64,000 bases of DNA, taken from contig OX442314.1 in assembly GCA_949358305.1 (NCBI GenBank), positions 17,546,001 through 17,610,000 on the forward strand. The letters are read 5' to 3'. This document shows positions 25,311-35,886 of the stretch, in pieces; position 1 is the first letter of the stretch, and the number at the start of each line of letters is the position of its first letter. Position numbers and translations under genes: made by a program. The notes beneath the pieces are model-generated. The model was not told where the DNA came from and ran no database searches. It saw only the letters and a list, made by a program, of their open reading frames with translations. The stretch comes from Strigamia acuminata (lineage: Eukaryota).

Positions 25311-28115
25311 TTATGCCACCATTTCTTGATGAAGTTCTCGAGCATACAGGCGTTGTTCCGGATCTGAGTAATGTTTTACCAAATCGAACGCCACGTCAAT
25401 GATGATTAATCGGGCCCGGGCCACATTTGCGGCCCCTCGACGATTGATTTCCTGTAGACATAAATCAATAAATGCATCGCGAAAGTACGTGTCCATCAGG
25501 TCGATAATTTCCTCAGTTTCAGGAAGGGTCAGGTTTAAATCTGACAGTGCCAGGGACCGGAAAAGAGCACTCTGCGTGTGATAAGGGATCATCAACTTCG
25601 TGCATCTGGTGGGCTGGAAGGTAAAATCACATATAATGTTCATTGATGGGATGATAGTATTTGACATGAGGATCGTTATCTCTGGTTTCTCCTTAGAGCC
25701 TGGAACAGAAATGAGGTCCTTCAACGACTTATCAGTAGGTGTGGGTGCCATGTATCGCGAAGAAACCGCTAATTTCGACATCTCCTGCACCTGAATTTCT
25801 CGAACTCTTTTCTCTTCATCGATCCTCTTTTGAAGTTCTTTTCTCTCCTTTTCTTCCCTTTCCTTCCTGACTTTCTCCTTCTTTTCAAATTCGATATTCT
25901 CTGCAGCTACTTTGGCCGCCTCTTTCTTCTGGCTCTCCTGGACGGCATATCGTTTTTTCTCCCGTTCGACCGCAAATTTCTTGACATATTTACCCATTAT
26001 TAAATGCGTCTCCCATACCAGCACAGCGAAAAATCGATCTTCATCCATGTGGATCTCTTGGTCCATTCGACTTTCGACATTGGCAGCGATGTTCTTTAGT
26101 TCTTTAAAAGTCGCATTTTTGACGGGGTAAACGTCATATTGATTTATGTCGAAATCTCGGGTGGCCATCACGTTGAATAATTCCCTCCAGCCCCTCGGCT
26201 CCAACTCCATACGAGAATTACTGATGGTAGTATTCCTCCTAAGTACCTGCAGTTCGAATGGTTCGAGGATGTCTCGAATGTAATGAAGCGTAAAAACGGG
26301 GCAATTTGAAACTCCGTAATGGTCCGTTTGTGTATAATGGGGCGGACGAGAGACAACCTTGGTGGTTTTGGTGGTCGAGAGAACGCCATCTTGTGATGAT
26401 CCGCGAGTTGAATCGGTTTGAGACGTGGATATGGAGGTAGTCCCAGTACTAAGACTTGCAATGGTGTTGGTGACGGAAATCGTCGTCTTCGTCGGTAAAT
26501 CAGTCGTCCTTATTGGAATTTGACTTTTAAAAGGTGTCGGCACTCTCTTGACAGAATGCTCGGTAGAACGCGCATCAGCTTTGGATTCTTCCTTCAGTTC
26601 TTCCTTCTCTTGATCTAATCGCGAATTGTCAATGTTTGGTACAATTTTTACCTTTAATTCCTGATCGGTTGCCTGAGGTGACACATTTAGGAATCTTATG
26701 TCCCGGTTCCGGTCCATGTAGTCGTCCAATCGGCGTTGTGACGGGTCTGGGACCGATTTTAACGTTGGGACGGGTTTGATCGGTTGTGGAAAGTTCTTCA
26801 TTAGCGTTAGAATTCCCGGCTGTGCTGGTTGCATTCTATCAGGGCTAATTTCAGGCGAGTTATCAATTGGTTTGGGTGGAATTTTCTCCAAAGTCGCGAT
26901 TTCATCCTTCTTGACCGGTGTAGTTGGTTGCACTGACTGTACAGGCTTCGGAGCGTAGCGGACTCCTGGAGCGGATTGGGCATCTCGCGAACGGTCTCTT
27001 GGCAACGTTGTGCCACCCATCATTATGGCTTGGGCGACGTGGCCACCGCTCTCCTTGTAGCGCACGGCGAAGTCTTCGTTTCCTTTTGGAACGTATAATA
27101 GTGGTTCAGGCATCGGTTGCAAACGTGCTTCGGCCGTCAGTAGATCGATTTCACGATTTAAATCCTCGATCCAAAGTCTCGCCTGTTCAGTCGTGGCGTT
27201 TGTACCCAGGAATGCAGGCAAAGTTTTGATCATCCCGGAGAACTGCAGGTCTGTGAGATACTGCTCCCTCGCATAATCAGTCAAATTTGCGATTTCCTCG
27301 TTCGTCATCCTGGGGACCGCCTCATGTTGGCACCTGATCGCGTTTCCCATCGCGTAGATCCATCGGCGGGGTGCTATACCGCGTTCCTCGGCCAGTTGCT
27401 GGACTCTGGCCCAGTACCAATAATGGGTAAAACGAAACCTCAAAATCGCGGCGATGCTTCCTTGTACAATTCGCGTCGGCGGCAGGACCCACTCATAAAT
27501 GCGCACTCCGTCTGCGTACTTGAAACGGAGGACCCAATTGAAATAGATCCGCATCCATTCCCTGAACTTGCACCGGCGCAATTCGCCTGCGCCCCCGCAT
27601 GCTCGGCACACAATTTCTTTGACTGGCGGCGTTGTCTCAACTCCCCATCCTGAACAAATACAGCAGACTTCAAAATTTGGGAAAGATTGTTCGAGCGGTT
27701 CGTCTGGGTGAAAGTGCGGATATATCCACTCTCCCTTAGCATGAATGGGTGGAATGGGCAGGTTTTTTGGATATTTGAGTTTCTTTTGTGGGTCGCCATT
27801 TTGGTGTTTACTATTTGACATGATGGTGGTAATTCGCGAATAAATAAAACGAAATGCTATAATTGATAGCACAAAATACGGCACGCGATAAACTACATAA
27901 TAGACAACACGGAATGTTCGCGAGATCAATCGCGTGTTGTAAACTAAGTACCGGCATGTACGGAATAAAAGATGCATGGCCTTAGAGGCTAGCTCTCTAG
28001 GATTGGTCAGTTTAAAGAATGCTGAGTAATCATATCTGTTTCCAGGCGCAAACCAATAAGTTATTCCCCCAAAAGGTTTAATTCTTGACCAAATTTCTTT
28101 AAAAATAATACGCAT
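25311..28115 (-). CDS. Retrotransposon ORF3, 934 aa, unknown function (not recognisably Env); DnaJ-type zinc-finger motifs, S/T/P-rich linker, coiled coil
   Basis: Uninterrupted 2.8-kb ORF in the env position. Contains CCICSGWG...CRACGGAG at aa151-177 and a KE-rich helix at ~aa715-785. An alternative start is possible at Met99 (27821). Confidence 0.85.
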   Translation of the reverse strand: MRIIFKEIWSRIKPFGGITYWFAPGNRYDYSAFFKLTNPRELASKAMHLLFRTCRYLVYNTRLISRTFRVVYYVVYRVPYFVLSIIAFRFIYSRITTIMSNSKHQNGDPQKKLKYPKNLPIPPIHAKGEWIYPHFHPDEPLEQSFPNFEVCCICSGWGVETTPPVKEIVCRACGGAGELRRCKFREWMRIYFNWVLRFKYADGVRIYEWVLPPTRIVQGSIAAILRFRFTHYWYWARVQQLAEERGIAPRRWIYAMGNAIRCQHEAVPRMTNEEIANLTDYAREQYLTDLQFSGMIKTLPAFLGTNATTEQARLWIEDLNREIDLLTAEARLQPMPEPLLYVPKGNEDFAVRYKESGGHVAQAIMMGGTTLPRDRSRDAQSAPGVRYAPKPVQSVQPTTPVKKDEIATLEKIPPKPIDNSPEISPDRMQPAQPGILTLMKNFPQPIKPVPTLKSVPDPSQRRLDDYMDRNRDIRFLNVSPQATDQELKVKIVPNIDNSRLDQEKEELKEESKADARSTEHSVKRVPTPFKSQIPIRTTDLPTKTTISVTNTIASLSTGTTSISTSQTDSTRGSSQDGVLSTTKTTKVVSRPPHYTQTDHYGVSNCPVFTLHYIRDILEPFELQVLRRNTTISNSRMELEPRGWRELFNVMATRDFDINQYDVYPVKNATFKELKNIAANVESRMDQEIHMDEDRFFAVLVWETHLIMGKYVKKFAVEREKKRYAVQESQKKEAAKVAAENIEFEKKEKVRKEREEKERKELQKRIDEEKRVREIQVQEMSKLAVSSRYMAPTPTDKSLKDLISVPGSKEKPEITILMSNTIIPSMNIICDFTFQPTRCTKLMIPYHTQSALFRSLALSDLNLTLPETEEIIDLMDTYFRDAFIDLCLQEINRRGAANVARARLIIIDVAFDLVKHYSDPEQRLYARELHQEMVA

Positions 28116-28485
28116 AGTTTAAATTATAAAATAAAAAATAATAATAAATTCATTTGATTATTAAAATTAAGCTTCGCGACATTTCATTCGTCTATTAATT
28201 GCATGTGCCCCGTGCGAGGCTAAACCAATAACGTCACCTAGTGACAAAAATGATAACCATAAACCTCAGAGTAGATAGTTTAACTTTTATCAATACCACA
28301 ATGCAACACAAAAAACGACAAACATTGTACGAAACATTAAGTTAGTTAATGAACGGAAACGAACACAAATAAACGAAGACAAATGAACGAAACAAAACGG
28401 AATCAACGAAACTTTAGACACATAAATAAAAATTTCAATTAACAGAAATTACAAAACCCAAATTAAAATCCGCATGGCTACATTC

Positions 28486-28486
<1 letters not shown>

Positions 28487-28522
<36 letters not shown>
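28487..28522 (-). repeat. Internal A36 tract overlapping the pol stop codon
   Basis: 36 T on the + strand; the AA of the pol TAA stop begins the run. Confidence 0.9.
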
Positions 28523-28527
<5 letters not shown>

Positions 28528-31500
28528 TTAGATGCAATCACATGAGCGGAAAAAATGTCAAAAGTTGTTAAAATGAATTTTTCGACATGTAAGTCGATTA
28601 AATTAATTTCTTCGATATTTGGTGCTTCCGCATCATCAAAATGCCAATGTCTTAATTCGATTACATTATATGGGGGTGATTTTCTCCCCTCATTGTCCAT
28701 TAATATTACAGTGTTCGGACCAACTAATCTGTGGATAATATGAATTCCCTCAGTTCGTTGTCGCAATCCAGCGGCAAATTGGCGATCGGCAGATGATTGC
28801 TGGCGATTTTTTAAAGTTACCCAATCACCTGGTTTGAAATCATGAGGCCTTCTGCCACGATCAAACCATCGTTTGTGCCTGATTTTTGCAGCTTGCAAAT
28901 TCGCCGCTGCTTGTGAACGTAAGGTTCGCATGTATTCGTGTAAATTCTCCGCCTCTGACGGCGGCAAAGGTTCACCATCGTCCGAATCGCTGTCCAAGTC
29001 CCCCGGAAATCTGGCCTCTTGGCCAGTAACCATTTTAAAGGGCGAGAATTTTAACGACACTTGATATGCGGAATTTATCGCGAGTACAAAATATCCGATG
29101 TGTATGTCCCATCTTGAATGATCATCAATGTAGGCCAGGATGCAGTTTTTTAGCGACTGATTTAATCTTTCTGCCAAATTGCTCTGCGGATGATACACCG
29201 CTGTGTACCTGTTCACTGCTCCTAATTGTTGGCATTGATTTTGGAATTCGGGGGATCGAAATGTTGGTGCGTTGTCACTTATTATGACCTTCGGGAACCC
29301 CCATCTTTTACAGAATTTGACAATTTGTCTAACAGTAGTGGGAATATTCGCGTTTTCAGTGAGTCTTACGTCCAGCCACCTGCTTGCAGCATCCACCATC
29401 ACGAATGCATAGCAGTTTCCACCTGTCGAGCGGGGCTTTTTGCCATAATAATCGATATAAATGGCCGAAAATAAATGTCTTGGTTTAGACATCAGCAATT
29501 TGCCATATGGCAATCGGTTTAAAGGTTTTGCTCGCTGACATGCGTCACAAACCAATACCCATGTTTGCACATCTTCGCGCATTTTCGGCCAAAAAACTCT
29601 TGATTTGAGTCTTTGCAGGGTTTTTTCTATTCCCATGTGCCCTCCGATCGGTGGATAATGCAGCGCTCGAAAATAACGTTCGCGAAGTTCAACGGTCGGC
29701 AAATAAATTTGACGCCGTTTGCGAAACTTATTTATGTCAACAGGGGGAAAACGACACAACAAACCTTTTGACATGCCAAAATCATTGCAATTGTGCAAAA
29801 TAAAATTGGCACGTTCCGGTTCATCTGGGAGCGTGTGCAAAGTCAAGTATTCTATCAATTCCCGTGAGTCTTGGTCAATTTGTTGCGCTGCGATGATTTC
29901 TGCTGCGCTGGGTAGGACTACGAATGCTGGATGGTCCACTGGTGGGTCGTGGTCCAACTCCGCCTGTCTCTCCAATTCGTTTGGTGGTTCGTCACCCTCA
30001 TCCTCATCATAATTCCTTCGCGGTCTACGTCGTGGTCTCGGAGTTCTTCTCTGAGTTAATGACGGACGAAAATAAATTGTTTCGGGCGTTTGCGTGCCCA
30101 AATTCGGCCCGTAACTCTCGTCTGATGATGATTCGGAGCTGTCCGACGTCGCGAAGGAAGGTTCGGGTCTGTAACCCGATGGTCCGGCTTGTGGCTCTTC
30201 TGGTTCTACAAAAGGCTTGGAAAATGGATGAGGACTTATGGGTGAAGGAATAGGAGAGATTGGTGGTGAAGGTGTATAAATTGGGGTAGGAGTTGGTTTC
30301 AAAATTGGTTTAGGTTTTCCAATTGGTATTGGAATACCAGACTGTTTTTTACGTGGTCTGCCAACTCGACGTTTTGATGGCACCTCTTCAGGTGGCAGCA
30401 CAGGTGCCGTAGGTTTTCGTAACCTTGGTGACGGCACAATTGGTTCCGGAATTCCTGTCTTACGCTTTTTTAGACGTCCTGGCACTCGTTTCGGAACTAT
30501 TTCCTCTGGTACCGTTGGTAGAACTGGAAGTTCATCATCAGGAAGCGGAGGTGTTGGCGGCGTAACAATTATTTGTGGTGGTTGTGGCACCCCAATTGGT
30601 GGAATTTGAGGCGGCACAATTAATTGTTTTTTAGGCCTACCAACTTGCCTTTTCACCATTGTTGGTGGAATTAAACGCCGTGTTTTTGGTGACGTATCCA
30701 CACCGACTGGATCCGCAGCTTTCCTTTTTCTAGGCCGACCCACAGGACGCTTTCCAATTGGTGGCGTCGGTGGAGGTGGTGTTGGAGGAACCAGTGTTGG
30801 ATCCTGAATTCGTGCTCTTGTTCTGGTTGAAATTGCACGACGGGATCGCGGTGAAAATGTTGGGACTGTTGGGTCCTTTTTGGGTCGTCCCACTGGTCGT
30901 TTTAATGGTACCACATGTTTTGGCGACATCTTCTTTTTCTTTTTTGATTTAGTTGGCGTCAAAGCTAAAATAGAATAATTTCTATTATTACGAAAATTAT
31001 TTTTTGACTTACAGTACGCGAATTGGGGTTCATCAATTAGGTCTTCGATTACTCTTAACTCTGGCCAATCTGAAATGTCGTCAAAAAATGCAAGATAGCA
31101 TGCTTCATCTACAAGAGGACTATCATCTTCCTCCTCTTCTTCTGCAGGATCGACAGGTGCGCGGCTTAGTGCATCTGCGACACGATTTTTACATCCAGAA
31201 ATGTAGATGAATGTAAAACGATATTCACTTAGGGATAAAACCCATCTTGCCAGTCTACCTCGTGGTTCGCGCTGTTGAAAAAGCCATTTCAATGACATGT
31301 GGTCACTTTCCAAATAGAAGTCCATCATTTCAAGGTAGGGTCTAAATCTTTTAACCGCCCAGACAGCCGCAAGACACTCAATTTCAGTCACTGGATAATT
31401 TTTTTCGGCGCTATTTAATGCTCGCGATGCAAATGCGACTGGATAACGATTTCCTTCATTATCAATTTGCATTAAAGCAGCCCCAAGACCTGAATAACTT

Positions 31501-33803
31501 GCGTCAGTCTGCAGGATGAATGGTTTTTTCCAATTTGGGAAATTACGTTTTAAAGTTGGTTCTGCAACAAATTGTTTTAAATGTTCAAACGCATGTTGGT
31601 GAGCGTCAGTCCAAACCCAAGTGCAATCCTTTTTAAGAAGAGGGCGGAAAACTTCACAAATTTTTGCAAAATTTGGAATAAAAGTTTGGTAGTAGCCCAC
31701 CATTCCCTTAAATCTCTGCAGTTCGCGTAAGTTGATTGGTGCAGGATAACTTTGGATTGCAGTCACCTTTTTTGGATTTGGAGTAATTTGGCCCGCCTCG
31801 ACGATATGGCCCAGAACCTCCAAGCGCCGACGACACAGTTCTGTTTTGTCTGCATTCATTGTAAATCCTGCATCGTATAATTCACCAAGCACAATTTTTA
31901 AATGTTCAACATGTTCTTCATATGTCTTGCTGAAAACGATCACATCATCCAAATATACAAACACAAACTTATACAGGTGTTTCGCGAGAGTCTTGTTCAT
32001 CGCGCGTTGTAACGTTGCCGGTCCATTAATGGGCCCAAAGGGCATTCTCACGTACTCAAAGAGTCCACGGTGAGTTATAAATGCCAAATATCTTTCATCG
32101 CCTTTTCTGACTCCGAGTTGATGAAAAGCTTCGCGACCATCAATTATTGAAAACCAATGGGCTCCACCAAGGTACGCGAAAATGTTGTCAATGTCAGGTA
32201 ATGGATATACGTCAGGGACCGTTTGAGTGTTAATTGGGCGAAAATCCATTGCAGTTCGCCAATCGCCCGTTTTTTTGGGCACTACGACCGGCGCAACTGC
32301 ACAATCACTCATTGAACGCCTAATTATCCCCTGTTTTAATTTTTGATCAATGTACTTATCAATTATTAGTTTCTTGGCTGGATTCACTGGCCGCACTGGA
32401 ACATGGACGGGTCGAAATCCTGGCTTCAAGTTGACCTCGAACTCGGTATTGTTGCAGAGTCCGACTTCCTCTCGAAAAACATTCGCAACTGGTTGTAAAG
32501 TTTTGATGAGAAGTTGGATTTGTGGAACCGTCAGTTGATTCCAGAGCTGATGATAGATCCAATCCAGACATGTTGGGTCTTCATTTGGCTGATAAGATAA
32601 AAAATTACATTGATTAATATGTTCGATACTGTCACCTTCATCCTTAATCTTCTGCTTTTCAGCTTCTTTGAGAATATCTTCTTTCAAAAGTCGCGATGCT
32701 TGTTGATTCAATTGTTGAACAATTGGTTTAACTTTAGCAATACGTTTGGATTGTCGTTTCCAACGTTGAACTTGGCTGAATGATGGTTTTATCTGAAAAC
32801 TAGAAACTCTACGCGAAAAAGAAGTTGATCTTTCTTGCCGTTTAGGCGACCAAATATTTGACCACTCATTAGAATCGCGATGTTTGATCTTTTTAACACG
32901 AAATTGTGCATCATCGTTTGGATATTCAAACACTTCTCGTGCGAGTGGGCGATGGTCAAGCAGAACACAATTGATTTTAGATGTAGGGGCAGGTAATATC
33001 GCTAATTTGGGTTCATTGCTATATTTTCTATCAATTGGTAACAACAAAACTGGTTCTGATCGTGATGCTTCGTCAATTGTCAAAAACTTACGTCGTTCTT
33101 CAGATCCCTCTAAATACCATTCTTGTCGACCATGCAACGTGCAGAGGCCTACTGCACGGCAAAAGTCGCGTCCCAAAAGCAGATCTTGAGATGTTTCGGG
33201 AACAACAAGACAGACAAATTTAATAATTGCGCGGGGTCCTCTAACTGCAAGTTGTACAGAGCCTGTCACTTTGACAGTGTCGTTCGTGGCAGTTCTGACA
33301 AATTCATTTAACGGCATCATTTGCAGTTCCATCTTGTCTTTTAATTGATTAAAAAGTTTGTCCGACATTATGCAGGTTTGTGCTCCAGAATCGAAAATCG
33401 CGATGAAAGAGACGTCTGACCACGCAATTCTTACACATGGTGCATCTGCCTTAAATCTATCGCGTTTAGTAATTTCAATTATGGGTTCCTGCGTTTTAAA
33501 TAACTCCGCGGGTGATAACATCACAAATTTCGCGTCCACTTGGTTGATCGAGCCATGCGGAGGCAAAGTCGCGGTGCTAACTCTGGAAATAGTATTAATA
33601 AATTCATTAGTGATGATCTTACTTACCACTTTGTCCTTATTTTCAGGTTGAAGAATTGTCAACTTGGGTTTTTCCGGTTGCAGTGTGATGATAGGTGATT
33701 TTGGAATAACAGAAGTTGATTTCTCTTGAAGTTTAAGCTCCTGGGGAGCGATTGATGAATTGTTTTGAATTAAAGTTTTATGAGTAGCGCTTGCACTCGT
33801 CAA
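28521..33803 (-). CDS. pol: Pol polyprotein (protease, RT, RNase H, AT-hook-like insert, integrase); translated by -1 frameshift from gag, with the frame open up to ~33930
   Basis: Protease IFDSGAQ; RT MPFG and YLDD; RNase H QTDASYSGLGA...ADALSR; integrase H-x6-H...CDAC with D (IYID), D (SDNA) and E (AERLN). Confidence 0.96.
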
Positions 33804-33862
33804 TGTTGGCGCTGGTGATTGTGTTGTACTTTCTCGTGTTTCTGCACAGTTTTCGGGTAAGT

Positions 33863-33932
33863 CGGGGCAATTGGTGTTTACTTTTGGCCTGGCTTTGTTG
33901 CCCCGCTTCCTGGCAGGCCTTGGAAGTTTTCC
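33863..33932 (-). promoter_or_regulatory. -1 ribosomal frameshift signal (G_GAA_AAC + H-type pseudoknot)
   Basis: Heptamer at 33932-33926, 6-nt spacer, stem 1 GGCCUG/CAGGCC, stem 2 CGGGGCAA/UUGCCCCG. The -1 frame runs without a stop into pol. Confidence 0.85.
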
Positions 33933-35782
33933 GACCGCTCGAAGAGTTTATGACAGATTAGGCAAAATGGACGCCATGTGTCATTTTCGACCATATACCA
34001 GCGGTTCTTCTTGGTTCGGCGCCAAGTTGTGTGATCTGGGCGCTTGACCGATTCCGGTGGCGATGGCGTTGGATCGAAAGTGGTAACGCGAGTCGAGCAA
34101 ACATGATCCTTTGGAACGTTTGACGGAACTTCAAGTTTTGTCGTCGCGATTTTAACTTCATTTTTCGCGGCCGCCGTCTTCGTTTCCGTTTTGACAGCTG
34201 CTGCTGCCACATCCTGTTTGATTTCCTCTGGGTCATATCCACTACTTTCCGACTCCTCATCTGCTCCATACGGGCGAGGAACTTCCGGCTGGCCTTCCAT
34301 TGCTAGCAGAACCGCCGCAATTTGTTTGGAAAGCTGCTGTCGCGAAAACTGTCCAGATCTAGAAAAAGTAGAAAATTTGGGCTTCTCCACCTTAGCTTCT
34401 TCCACGGGCTTCAGCATCGTAGGAATAGTATACTCCTTAGGAAGGGGCATAAAGGCCTGATCTACTATTCCACTTTGCTTAAATTCGAGCGATCGCAGTG
34501 AATCAAGTTGCAACCTATTGTCCACATCATTTCCGACTCGAATCGCCTTTTCAAGACTATTTACTCCCCAATTTCGCATCAATAATACTACCTGCGTTTG
34601 CAGCATATTTTGGGCCTTTTCCCACCTTAGTGTTCTTTCTTTATAGCCTGCAATTTGCAAATAATGAGCAATTTCACTCAAAAATGCAGTTGTAGACTCG
34701 CCCGGTCTTTGCTTGCGTTGGCTCAATTTAGCATTCGCTGCGGCCGTATTCATTGAATATGTTTGTCGGAAAAGTACTTCAAACTCTTTCCAAGTCTTGG
34801 GTTTAAGTTTCATAGTCGTCCACCAAGTCAACGCGCGACCCTTTAAAGCAGTGGCTGCATAAGCCTTTAAATAATCGCGCTCCGGAGCTCCCACCTGCCA
34901 CATGTGTGAAAAAAGCTCTGCCAAAAATGAATTCACTGTATCAAAGTCTGTCTTGTCCGGATTAAAATGCGGAATTTTTTCCACTTTCCATTTTCGACGA
35001 CCAGCCACGTCATCCGAATCAGGTAAAGATGGGAGCGACAACTGTTCTTTAGTTGCTGGCTCTGGCTTCGGATACTTCATTTTTGAATACAAAATTGATG
35101 ACATTACCTCTTCATTAACTTTAGACGCGTCATCGCGCGCACTTTGAAGCGATGGTGGGCTTTTAGCATGTTCACGTGGAAGTCCTTGATTTCTGTCTAT
35201 GCCCGCTCGTGGATGGCTTGTCGACGCGGATCGATGTCGTGGCTCTGTGTTCGCTTGATGACGCGATGCTGTTGCCGCTCGAGTCCTGCCCGTGGAGGGC
35301 TCTGCAAATAATGAAGACGTCTTCCTCCCACTCGTCTGTTGGCCACGGGTTGCCGAATATCCCTCTGAATGTACGGACCCAGGAGAACGCGAAGCGGGCT
35401 GAGTTAGAATGCTTTCCCTGCAGTCCCTTAAAAACTGTTGGAATTCGGTACGCAGACCGGCAAAAAATGATGCTTGAGGATTTGTTTGACCCCCTTGACC
35501 AATTGGTGGTGTCGACGAAACGCTAACTGTTTCAGTCGGCGACACTCGCGACGTTGTTGTGTATACAACCATTGGTTGCACCCTTGCGCTTGCTGTACTT
35601 GCGACAGTTGTCAAAATGTCGGTTGAAAATGTCACCAACGGTGAAGTTGTAACATTTACAACCGTCGTCGCTCGCGCTTGCCTTCTGTTGTCGCGCATTT
35701 CCTCCAATAATTCCAACTCGTTTATGTCAAAAGGGTTCAGAGCTGGATATTGAATACCATTACCTTCTAACGGCGACGCCAT
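33878..35782 (-). CDS. gag: Gag (capsid-like retrotransposon gag domain)
   Basis: 634 aa, first ORF after the PBS. LKGRALTWW...W.EF...F...Y...RKQRPGES...F motif. No complete CCHC knuckle. Confidence 0.92.
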   Translation of the reverse strand: MASPLEGNGIQYPALNPFDINELELLEEMRDNRRQARATTVVNVTTSPLVTFSTDILTTVASTASARVQPMVVYTTTSRVSPTETVSVSSTPPIGQGGQTNPQASFFAGLRTEFQQFLRDCRESILTQPASRSPGSVHSEGYSATRGQQTSGRKTSSLFAEPSTGRTRAATASRHQANTEPRHRSASTSHPRAGIDRNQGLPREHAKSPPSLQSARDDASKVNEEVMSSILYSKMKYPKPEPATKEQLSLPSLPDSDDVAGRRKWKVEKIPHFNPDKTDFDTVNSFLAELFSHMWQVGAPERDYLKAYAATALKGRALTWWTTMKLKPKTWKEFEVLFRQTYSMNTAAANAKLSQRKQRPGESTTAFLSEIAHYLQIAGYKERTLRWEKAQNMLQTQVVLLMRNWGVNSLEKAIRVGNDVDNRLQLDSLRSLEFKQSGIVDQAFMPLPKEYTIPTMLKPVEEAKVEKPKFSTFSRSGQFSRQQLSKQIAAVLLAMEGQPEVPRPYGADEESESSGYDPEEIKQDVAAAAVKTETKTAAAKNEVKIATTKLEVPSNVPKDHVCSTRVTTFDPTPSPPESVKRPDHTTWRRTKKNRWYMVENDTWRPFCLICHKLFERSENFQGLPGSGATKPGQK

Positions 35783-35868
35783 GATGAAAATAACGTGAAA
35801 AGAAAATTATAATAATTAATGCAAAATGAGAATACTAACTATCTCGCTGGTTCCCTCGATAAAGCAGA

Positions 35869-35886
35869 ATCCTGTCTAGCTCGCCA
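35869..35886 (-). promoter_or_regulatory. Primer-binding site, probably for tRNA-Arg(ACG)
   Basis: TGGCGAGCTAGACAGGA directly abuts the 5' LTR. It resembles the complement of an animal tRNA-Arg(ACG) 3' end (TGGCGAGCCAGCCAGGA) with 2 differences. Confidence 0.75.

Noticed and set aside
25311..28115. Calling ORF3 'env' from its position
   Set aside because: No furin site with fusion peptide, Cys-rich ectodomain or C-terminal TM is visible.
25399..35753. Many 60-120 aa ORFs overlapping gag, pol and ORF3 in antisense or alternative frames
   Set aside because: These are shadow ORFs expected from codon bias; they have no recognisable motifs and often non-ATG starts.
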